Of a stretch of 64,000 nucleotides of DNA, positions 27,824 to 34,912 are shown piece after piece (the stretch's first letter is position 1; the number at the start of each line of letters is the position of its first letter). The position numbers and the translations under genes are program-made. The stretch is from Pyrinomonadaceae bacterium (lineage in GTDB: Bacteria > Acidobacteriota > Blastocatellia > Pyrinomonadales > Pyrinomonadaceae). The notes under the pieces are model-generated. The model was not told the DNA's origin. It saw nothing but the letters and a program-made list of their open reading frames with translations, and did no database searches. The stretch covers positions 127-64,126 of the forward strand of contig JBGSXN010000044.1 of NCBI GenBank assembly GCA_041751355.1. The letters run 5' to 3'.

Positions 27824-28377
27824 TGTGGAATGCCCGAACAAAAGAGGATCTCATCATTGAGGTCTGGGAAAAGCTCGATTGTGAGAATGTCGGACGGCGG
27901 GAGATCGAAGCGATCGAGATCGTTGTCAAAGACCGATTCGGGCGGTCGGCAGTCGATCCGCCTATGGTCATTGCGCGACAGCTCGCCGATGAAGGGGCCG
28001 AACTCCGGCATTCGGAGATAATGGAACTTCACGTCGAGCGTGCGTCGGATCGCCCGTACGAGCCCGCTCTGAGAAACCTGCTCGTGCTTGATGATCTGCG
28101 GTCAGCCGCTCGATCAATCCGGGGGCTCGAAAATCTGCGCCGCAAATATCACGCGGAGAATGACAGAGAAGGTCTCAGGCAAATAATGGAATCAGCCCGG
28201 CGCAGCAAACAGAAAGCGGCCGAAGCCAACCGGCCCGGCGACTCGGAATTAGCGGTCAATACTGAGATCGTTCATTGGATCACGGTCTGGCTGCAAAACC
28301 CAGAGGTATTTGAAACATGGCTGAACCTCCGGACCGGATCGGCCGAATTTATTGGCAAGTTTGGAAAACTCGAATAA
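27823..28377 (+). CDS. hypothetical protein
   Basis: The ATG overlaps the hldC stop (TGATG). The protein is 184 aa, helical and charged, with no motif I recognise. Confidence 0.5.
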   Translation: MWNARTKEDLIIEVWEKLDCENVGRREIEAIEIVVKDRFGRSAVDPPMVIARQLADEGAELRHSEIMELHVERASDRPYEPALRNLLVLDDLRSAARSIRGLENLRRKYHAENDREGLRQIMESARRSKQKAAEANRPGDSELAVNTEIVHWITVWLQNPEVFETWLNLRTGSAEFIGKFGKLE

Positions 28378-28380
28378 CAT

Positions 28381-29097
28381 ATGCGGCGGTTCTATGCCTC
28401 GGCAGACAATTTTGAGTCGGATCAAGTGACCCTCGGCGTTGACGAAACCCGACACCTTCGCGACGTGCTTAGGCTGGAAGTCGGCGATGAGATCGCCGTT
28501 TTCGACGGCGTAGGAAATGAATTTCGCTGCTCTATTCGGGAGATCACCAAGAAGACCTCTAAGGCATTGGTCATTGAGCCCATAACTCCCTCATCGCCAG
28601 AATCCCCGCTCAGACTCACGCTCGCAGCGGCTGTATTAAAGGGCGACAAATCCGATCTGGTGGTTCAAAAAGCGGTGGAACTCGGGGTTGATCGGTTGAT
28701 TCCGCTGCACGCCGTCCGCTGTGAATTCAAGGGTTCAGATTCCTCAAAGCGTGTCGACCGTTGGCGACGCATCAGTCTCGAGGCCACGAAACAATGCGGG
28801 CGGGCGAGCCTAATGCAGATCGGTGAAATGGTTGAGTTTGAGCGTCTCTTATCAACCGGGACTGCCGGAATGATCATGTTTTCCGAACGAGACGGCGAGA
28901 GCTTTTCCTCGGTAAAGGGTACCAGCAGTATGACGCCGATATTCGGGCCCGAAGGCGGATGGGACGATGCAGAGATTCGGGCCGCTCAAGAAATCTGCAT
29001 TCCGATCGTCACCCTTGGGGGAAGAATTCTACGAGCAGAAACGGCCGCGATCACTATCACGGCCATTCTTCAGCATCGATTCGGAGACTTTAAGTGA
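28381..29097 (+). CDS. rsmE: 16S rRNA (uracil1498-N3)-methyltransferase
   Basis: MRRFY...DETRHLRDVLRL.VGDEI.VFDG.G, plus the C-terminal GPEGGW...LG.RILRAETA. Confidence 0.88.
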   Translation: MRRFYASADNFESDQVTLGVDETRHLRDVLRLEVGDEIAVFDGVGNEFRCSIREITKKTSKALVIEPITPSSPESPLRLTLAAAVLKGDKSDLVVQKAVELGVDRLIPLHAVRCEFKGSDSSKRVDRWRRISLEATKQCGRASLMQIGEMVEFERLLSTGTAGMIMFSERDGESFSSVKGTSSMTPIFGPEGGWDDAEIRAAQEICIPIVTLGGRILRAETAAITITAILQHRFGDFK

Positions 29098-29103
29098 ATT
29101 GAA

Positions 29104-29634
29104 CTAAAAGGATGACTTCTGTTTTGCCCGATAATAGGCGTCGCCTCGCTGTTTCATTTTTGCCTTAGTGCCGAGAGCATTAATGAAAGTTAACAGCAGC
29201 TTTTTGTCATCGAATTTGAAATTCGCTACTCCCGCAGCGTCGATGTCCGCGTCTTCAAATTTTATTATCACAAACTGTGCCCGCGACGACATCAGGCCAA
29301 ACAGCCCTGCCCCCGGCAGCGGCAGGCGGCTGACGACATTTCCGGTTTGTGACATACTCACCTTTGAATCGGGATAGACCACGACCATTGCCTCATACGG
29401 GATCGAGAACATTTCCTTACCATCTTTCCTGTAAAAGGTGACTCGCTCGTTAGCGTCATCCAATTTAAGAGTACCTTTTTCCCGTCCGCTCGCACCGAAC
29501 ATACCGCCCTCGTATTTGGCTTCATAGGACACCGGAGCATTAACAACTGCTGACCGCTCGGCCGGCCTCGGCTGCGATAATACTGCCGCTGAAAAACTAA
29601 GTACCAGTAATAAGATAAACAAAAAACTCTTCAT
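29104..29634 (-). CDS. secreted hypothetical protein
   Basis: Has a signal peptide (MKSFLFILLLVLSFSAAVLSQ). I recognise no motif. Confidence 0.5.
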   Translation of the reverse strand: MKSFLFILLLVLSFSAAVLSQPRPAERSAVVNAPVSYEAKYEGGMFGASGREKGTLKLDDANERVTFYRKDGKEMFSIPYEAMVVVYPDSKVSMSQTGNVVSRLPLPGAGLFGLMSSRAQFVIIKFEDADIDAAGVANFKFDDKKLLLTFINALGTKAKMKQRGDAYYRAKQKSSF

Positions 29635-29700
29635 ATGTTCTTTCCGTTGCCTGAAATGTGGACTTACACTCTATAGACGCATAAATACGGTCCGAAGTTG

Positions 29701-30495
29701 TTATTTTGCCGTCAATAAACCATTTGATTCCAGGTATGGCATCAATCGCGCCCGAGCGATCCTGACATAATCGAGCGAGATCTCCGAACCGATCCACCGC
29801 CTTCCAAGGTGAACAGCGGCTTTTGCCGTTGTACCACTGCCCATAAAGCAGTCATATACGAGATCGCCGGGATCTGTCCAGGTCGAGATCTGATCTTCGG
29901 CCAGTTGCTCAGGAAATATCGCCGGATGTTCAAATGCGATCTTATCTTTCGACGATGAAGTGCCCACATTATAGAAAAAGATGTTGTTCACCTTTCGTTC
30001 TTTTGGAGCAATATGATCGTGAGCCAGGTCATTGCGGCCGACTTTAGTGATTCGAAACGACTTGAATGCCTTTTCCTGCTTGATCGGCTGCATAATGGGG
30101 TTGAAGGTCTTTGGCTGGCCCTTGCTGAAGCAGAACATATATTCAAAGGCTTGCCGATATCGCTTCCCGCAGTCGCTTGGGATCGGATTATTTTTGGCGT
30201 ATATCATCGTATCGTGAACCCTGAATCCGGCATGTCGAAAGGCAAACGCATGTTCAAAGCTCGACAGCGTTTCGTCACCATTTACGGTGCGATCACCCAC
30301 GACCCAGATGACGACGCCGCCCGGCTTCGTTTTCTGAAACAAGCCTCCGGCGATCTCCTCCACGGGAAAATGATAGCCATTATAATCCCTGAGATCGTCA
30401 TAGGGAGGGCTCGTGATCGTCATGTCCAGCAGGTCGTCCTCGAGGCGAGCCAAAGTAGCGATGCAGTTTTCGTGATATATCTCGTTAAACTTCAT
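29701..30495 (-). CDS. DNA methyltransferase, beta-class N4-C/N6-A (N6_N4_Mtase fold), SPPY catalytic motif
   Basis: Motif IV (ITSPPYDD) is near the N-terminus and motif I (VYDCFMGSGTTAKAA) near the C-terminus, which is the beta permutation. No adjacent restriction endonuclease is recognisable. Confidence 0.85.
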   Translation of the reverse strand: MKFNEIYHENCIATLARLEDDLLDMTITSPPYDDLRDYNGYHFPVEEIAGGLFQKTKPGGVVIWVVGDRTVNGDETLSSFEHAFAFRHAGFRVHDTMIYAKNNPIPSDCGKRYRQAFEYMFCFSKGQPKTFNPIMQPIKQEKAFKSFRITKVGRNDLAHDHIAPKERKVNNIFFYNVGTSSSKDKIAFEHPAIFPEQLAEDQISTWTDPGDLVYDCFMGSGTTAKAAVHLGRRWIGSEISLDYVRIARARLMPYLESNGLLTAK

Positions 30496-30607
30496 TTCTT
30501 CGTTCTCACCGTGAATTAATGAGGATCATTTGCAAGCCTACTGAAACCCGATCTTTCATCGGCTCTGAGATTAGTTCTATACGAGCGACTCGGATCGACC
30601 GATCGAT

Positions 30608-31453
30608 TCAAACCGGCCATTTTTCAAGAAATCCGCTCACGAACGCCTTTTCAGATTTCTGTGACTCAGTCTCCAAAAATTCCCGAAAGTGCTCCTGCTC
30701 GTTAAAATAGTCTTCCTCGTCGATCTGGCCAACGAAATAGACCATTCTTAGCCATAAGAGATACGTGTTTAGGGTGTCTATCTGATTATATTCGACGATC
30801 TTGGTGATGTCGCCTTCCAGCCAGAGGTCCGTCACCTGATCGCCTTTAACATCAATCTTACCGGGAAACCCGCAAAGTTTGGCAAACTCGTCCAGCCGCG
30901 GGGCCATGTTCCCTCGAGAAAATCGCAACATCAGATCTAAGTGGGCCTCGCTGTTGCGGGAATCGAAGTAATCGGGGCCCTCCCACGGTTTATTCGGCCG
31001 TTTACAGAAGGCCGGCGAGCGGACTTCGTTGATCATACCGCGTTGAATTAGGACCTGGATATCAGATTCGGAAGAGTTGTAGCCGACGAGTTGCGGGCAT
31101 CGGTCACCGACTATATACAGAAACCGATCGATTATCGCCGCTTCATCGACATCGTCTGCCTCCAAGGGCAATTTGGGGAGCGAATTCAGCGAGAACTCGA
31201 TCACGGGCTCGCCATCTCGAAATATAGCTTTTCTGGATAGAAACGCGATCGACACTACCCGGGAGAACATATATTTCAAAAACGGGCGTGGATTCTGTTC
31301 GCTGTAGTTAGGCGAATGTTCCCAGAGCCTCTGCATTGCATCCAGCTCTGAGACATCGTCTTTGAGGTCGAAGAGTCGTTTTGCTCCCGAGGCATCGGGC
31401 ACCCATTCGAGATCGTAAAAAAGCGCTAGCTCAGGAAGTGGGCTTTTAAGCAT
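30608..31453 (-). CDS. predicted 3'-5' exonuclease related to the PolB exonuclease domain (DEDDy)
   Basis: ExoI FYDLEWVPD, ExoII LVGYNSSESDIQVL, ExoIII EYNQIDTLNTYLLWLR. The overall layout matches the stand-alone PolB-exo-like family as I recall it. Confidence 0.65.
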   Translation of the reverse strand: MLKSPLPELALFYDLEWVPDASGAKRLFDLKDDVSELDAMQRLWEHSPNYSEQNPRPFLKYMFSRVVSIAFLSRKAIFRDGEPVIEFSLNSLPKLPLEADDVDEAAIIDRFLYIVGDRCPQLVGYNSSESDIQVLIQRGMINEVRSPAFCKRPNKPWEGPDYFDSRNSEAHLDLMLRFSRGNMAPRLDEFAKLCGFPGKIDVKGDQVTDLWLEGDITKIVEYNQIDTLNTYLLWLRMVYFVGQIDEEDYFNEQEHFREFLETESQKSEKAFVSGFLEKWPV

Positions 31454-31654
31454 TAGAGATAAAAGAACTGACGGGTATCATCGGACGGTCTAAAGACGAA
31501 TCTTACCATATCGACAGAACCTATAAAACCTGCGCTCTTAACCCGTTTTGCTACACACCATAAGGTTGACGGGTCGGCCGATTTCGTATGCAGCACTGTT
31601 AAGATCCGCCTTGATACGGGCAATAGTGGACGGATCTAAAAGGGTTACCGTTTG

Positions 31655-31669
31655 TGGCACACGTCTTGC
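31655..31669 (+). promoter_or_regulatory. sigma-54 (-24/-12) promoter
   Basis: TGGCAC-ACGTC-TTGC matches the TGGCAC-N5-TTGC consensus exactly. It lies 46 nt upstream of the ATG at 31715. Confidence 0.6.
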
Positions 31670-31714
31670 CAATCTGTTCAGCGAAGAATTTATTCATTTT
31701 ACGGGGGAAATACA

Positions 31715-32092
31715 ATGTTGAAAAAATACTTTACGACTTTAATTATGGCAACTGTGGTTGGGGTTATGCTGCCGTTAGCGAGCGCTACCGCGGCGGATGC
31801 TCAAACTCGCTATTACAACGCCCGAACCGGTACGTACACGACTGCCCGTACCAGGGCTACACGAAACAGGACAGCGGTACGGTATAAAAGGCCAAATGTC
31901 TATCGACGACATCGTAAGGCATTCAATTTAGCTATCGGTACAGGTGCCGGTATGTTAGTGGGCGGTTTATTGGGTGGTAAGAAAGGTGTCGTGATCGGCG
32001 GTTTGGCAGGAGCCGGCGGCGGAGCACTCTTTACCCACAAACAACGGCCAAAGAACTATGTTCGACGTGTCACGACCTATCGTAGGTATTAG
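31715..32092 (+). CDS. secreted glycine-zipper protein (Gly-zipper/YMGG-like)
   Basis: Starts at the ATG at 31715 after GGGGGAAA. Has a signal peptide, an R/Y/T/N-rich segment, GTGAGMLVGGLLGGKKGVVIGGLAGAGGGA, and a basic tail. Confidence 0.65.
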   Translation: MLKKYFTTLIMATVVGVMLPLASATAADAQTRYYNARTGTYTTARTRATRNRTAVRYKRPNVYRRHRKAFNLAIGTGAGMLVGGLLGGKKGVVIGGLAGAGGGALFTHKQRPKNYVRRVTTYRRY

Positions 32093-32124
32093 TAAAAGTC
32101 ATAGACCAAGTTCTTTCTTATGTA

Positions 32125-32156
32125 ATGCCTCGGCGGAAACGCCGGGGCATTTTATT
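32125..32156 (+). terminator. rho-independent terminator
   Basis: An 11-bp stem ATGCCTCGGCG-GAAA-CGCCGGGGCAT (one G-U pair) followed by TTTATT. Confidence 0.6.
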
Positions 32157-32268
32157 ACTGACCATTGCGTCAATTGCGTAAAATGTTCACCCGTTTTCGT
32201 GCGGAGCCCAGAAACCTCATAGCGCAATAAACACCGCAAGTCATTCAGATTCAATATATTGACCATCG

Positions 32269-32283
32269 TGGCACGTTGATTGC
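32269..32283 (+). promoter_or_regulatory. sigma-54 (-24/-12) promoter
   Basis: TGGCAC-GTTGA-TTGC is an exact consensus match. It lies 53 nt upstream of the ATG at 32336. Confidence 0.6.
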
Positions 32284-32335
32284 CCTTAATACCGACGAGG
32301 TAAGCCTCTAAAGATCAGAAGACAGGAGACAAGCA

Positions 32336-32746
32336 ATGAAAAAATTTATTACCACATTCCTTACGATCGCGATGTTAGCAATATCGCTTCCAATGCTTGC
32401 AGGTAGTGCCTCGGCACAGAGGCGGACCAGCTATAACCAGGATCGGTATAGGACCAATCAGCAAATCTATCGGAATAATCAGCAGGTCAATCGAAATAAC
32501 CAGCAGTACTACGGTTTTGGTTACGAAGAACCCAGCACATACGATAAGCATCGTAAAGCCGTAAATCTCTCGGTTGGAACCGGGGTCGGCGCCCTTATCG
32601 GTGCCCTGATCGGCGGCAAGAAAGGTGCCTTGATCGGAGCCGCAGTCGGCGCGACAGGAGGTGCTGTCGTAACCGCGAAGCAAAAGCCGCGTAATCCGAA
32701 TAGTGACGATTACTACCGTAACCAATTCCCTTACTATAACTACTAA
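32336..32746 (+). CDS. secreted glycine-zipper protein, paralogue of 31715..32092
   Basis: Same architecture as its paralogue: signal peptide, Q/N/R/Y-rich repeats (YRTNQQIYRNNQQVNRNNQQYY), GTGVGALIGALIGGKKGALIGAAVGATGGA, and a basic tail. Confidence 0.65.
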   Translation: MKKFITTFLTIAMLAISLPMLAGSASAQRRTSYNQDRYRTNQQIYRNNQQVNRNNQQYYGFGYEEPSTYDKHRKAVNLSVGTGVGALIGALIGGKKGALIGAAVGATGGAVVTAKQKPRNPNSDDYYRNQFPYYNY

Positions 32747-32794
32747 GGGTCGAATTTCAAGGGGGAACGCTCGTTAAGGGCGTGACAAAAAAGT

Positions 32795-32828
32795 CCACGG
32801 AGGCCGATCGGCATCCGTGGCTTTCTCA
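32795..32828 (+). terminator. probable rho-independent terminator
   Basis: CCACGGA...TCCGTGG stem with an internal GCCGATCGGC palindrome, followed by the T-rich CTTTCTCATTT. Confidence 0.45.
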
Positions 32829-32952
32829 TTTCAATCCCGATAATTCCCATCTCTAACTGTCAAATATCTTATAAGCAGCCTGCTATGAGGTGCCGCTTCC
32901 AATGCGGGTTTGTCCCGCGTTCGTTTCCCGGAAAACCCCCAGAGCGATGTTT

Positions 32953-34734
32953 CTAAAACGTATAAGTATTCGCCGAGATCATTACGTCCGCGATTCGCTG
33001 GCGGGCGGCGATAGTGTTGACGGGCGAATTGTTTTTGGTAAACCGCTTTAAGGCGACCAGCATTGTGCGGCCCTCGTCGCCCTCGGCTATGGCGGCGATG
33101 GTATTTTTTGCCTTTGCGTCGATCCGCTGCATAGCATCGTTGCAAAATACCGAAGCCATGTCGATGTAACGACCGGCAGCCTGCTCGCCGTTAGCCTCGG
33201 CGTGCTTTTTAGCACGCAAAATTGCCGTTTCCATCTGGTAAGCGTCCATTATGATATCGGCGCAGTTGAGCAATACTTCCTGCTGTTCGGCGAGGGCCAT
33301 CATGTATTTTTGAGCGGCAGTGCCTAGCACCATCAGGGCGGCCTTCTTGGCATTTTGAGCAAGCTTTGTTTCGGCCGCAAGCAGGCTCGTGTCTTCATCG
33401 AAAGACATCTGCGGATTGAGGATCTCGTCTTGCAGGGCTTTGGCGGCCTGCAGCAGCCCGAGTTTGCCTTTCATCGCCCGTTTCATCAACTGGCCTGGGA
33501 TCAGCATCCGATTGATCTCGTTCGTGCCTTCAAATATGCGGTTGATCCGGGAATCGCGATACGCTTTTTCCGCCGGATAATCGGCCGAATAGCCGTAACC
33601 GCCGTAGATCTGCACCATCTCATCGACTACGTAATCGAGCGATTCTGAACACGCGACCTTGTTGATCGACGATTCTACCGCATATTCCTCGATCGACTGC
33701 AGCTTTTTAGCGTTGTCCGCCCCGTCGCCGATCAGAGCGTCGATCATTCCGACCGTGCGGTAAGTGATCGACTCGGAAACCCAGGTCCTGATCGCCATCT
33801 CGGCGAGTTTGTGCTTGATCGCACCGAATGACGAGATAGGCTTGTTAAACTGATGCCGCTCGTTGGCGTATCGGACCGACTCGTGAATGGCGAGCTTTGC
33901 ACCCCCGGTGACCGACGCCCCGAGTTTGAAACGGCCGACATTGAGCACGTTAAAAGCGATCTTTGCCCCGTCACCGACGTTTCCGACGAGGTTACCCACC
34001 GGGATCTTCGCGTCAGAGAGAATCACCGCCGTTGTCGATGACGATTTGATTCCGAGCTTGTGTTCCTCGGCACCGGGTCGGCAGTTTTCTGAACGGGGAA
34101 CAAGGAAACACGAGAATTTATCTTTCTCTCCGTCGACTTTAGCAAAAACAAGATAGACATCCGCGAACCCGCCATTCGTGATCCACATCTTCTCGCCGTT
34201 GAGCACGTAATGCTGCCCATCCTCGGTAAGCTTCGCGATGCATTTAGCACCCAGAGCGTCCGAGCCAGAACTGGATTCCGTGAGGCAGTAGGCCGACACG
34301 GCTTCACCTGAAATGATCTTCGGGATCCACTCTTTCTTGAGTTCCTCCGAGCCCCAATAAAGTATCGGAAGCAAGCCGATCGATGTCTGGGCACCGTAAG
34401 TGGAACCAAATCCGCCACCGCGGCCGACCATCTCGGCAATGATCGCACCGGTTGTCTGGTCGAGCTCCATCCCGCCATATTCCTCGGGAATATTGGCACC
34501 GAGCAAGCCGAGTTCACCGGCTTTCTTGAGTAGATCGCGGGCTATATCCCAGTTATGTTTCTCGAGTTCCGGATGATTAGGCACGACCTCGTTATCGATA
34601 TAATCGCGGCAGGTCTCGCCGATCATCCTGTGCTCGTCCGAAAAATCCTCGGGCGTAAAAACGTCCGCCGCCGATGTTTCGGCGATCAAAAACTCGCCGC
34701 CCTTCATATATTCCCTTTCCAATTTTGTTTCCAT
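32953..34734 (-). CDS. fadE: long acyl-CoA dehydrogenase (FadE type)
   Basis: The protein is 593 aa with acyl-CoA dehydrogenase motifs (YCLTESSSGSDA, GGYGYSADYPAEKAYRDSRINRIFEGTNEI). The size matches Bacillus-type FadE. Confidence 0.9.
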   Translation of the reverse strand: METKLEREYMKGGEFLIAETSAADVFTPEDFSDEHRMIGETCRDYIDNEVVPNHPELEKHNWDIARDLLKKAGELGLLGANIPEEYGGMELDQTTGAIIAEMVGRGGGFGSTYGAQTSIGLLPILYWGSEELKKEWIPKIISGEAVSAYCLTESSSGSDALGAKCIAKLTEDGQHYVLNGEKMWITNGGFADVYLVFAKVDGEKDKFSCFLVPRSENCRPGAEEHKLGIKSSSTTAVILSDAKIPVGNLVGNVGDGAKIAFNVLNVGRFKLGASVTGGAKLAIHESVRYANERHQFNKPISSFGAIKHKLAEMAIRTWVSESITYRTVGMIDALIGDGADNAKKLQSIEEYAVESSINKVACSESLDYVVDEMVQIYGGYGYSADYPAEKAYRDSRINRIFEGTNEINRMLIPGQLMKRAMKGKLGLLQAAKALQDEILNPQMSFDEDTSLLAAETKLAQNAKKAALMVLGTAAQKYMMALAEQQEVLLNCADIIMDAYQMETAILRAKKHAEANGEQAAGRYIDMASVFCNDAMQRIDAKAKNTIAAIAEGDEGRTMLVALKRFTKNNSPVNTIAARQRIADVMISANTYTF

Positions 34735-34767
34735 GGGGTTTGTCTGACTCCTTTACAATGCTGAGCA

Positions 34768-34797
34768 ATAATACTGAATGAATACTCATTCAGTCAA
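34768..34797 (-). promoter_or_regulatory. fadE promoter with embedded palindromic operator (FadR/TetR-type box)
   Basis: On the coding strand: TTGACT (34792-34797), an 18-nt spacer, then TATTAT (34768-34773). The spacer holds the perfect palindrome ACTGAATGA-ATAC-TCATTCAGT (34773-34794), 39 nt upstream of the start codon. Confidence 0.6.
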
Positions 34798-34912
34798 GCA
34801 GAGCGTGATTTTTCACCTCCTTATAGCCGATTGCCCGCATTGAAATATTATTTTCATAGAATGAGCAAAATGAGTTAATATTCGAGCAAATATTACGTTA
34901 CACAGTAAAACA

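Noticed and set aside
29701-30495. Methyltransferase as part of a classical restriction-modification system.
   Set aside because: No endonuclease-like ORF (PD-(D/E)xK, HNH, GIY-YIG) or specificity subunit is adjacent. The neighbours are a DEDDy exonuclease and a secreted protein.
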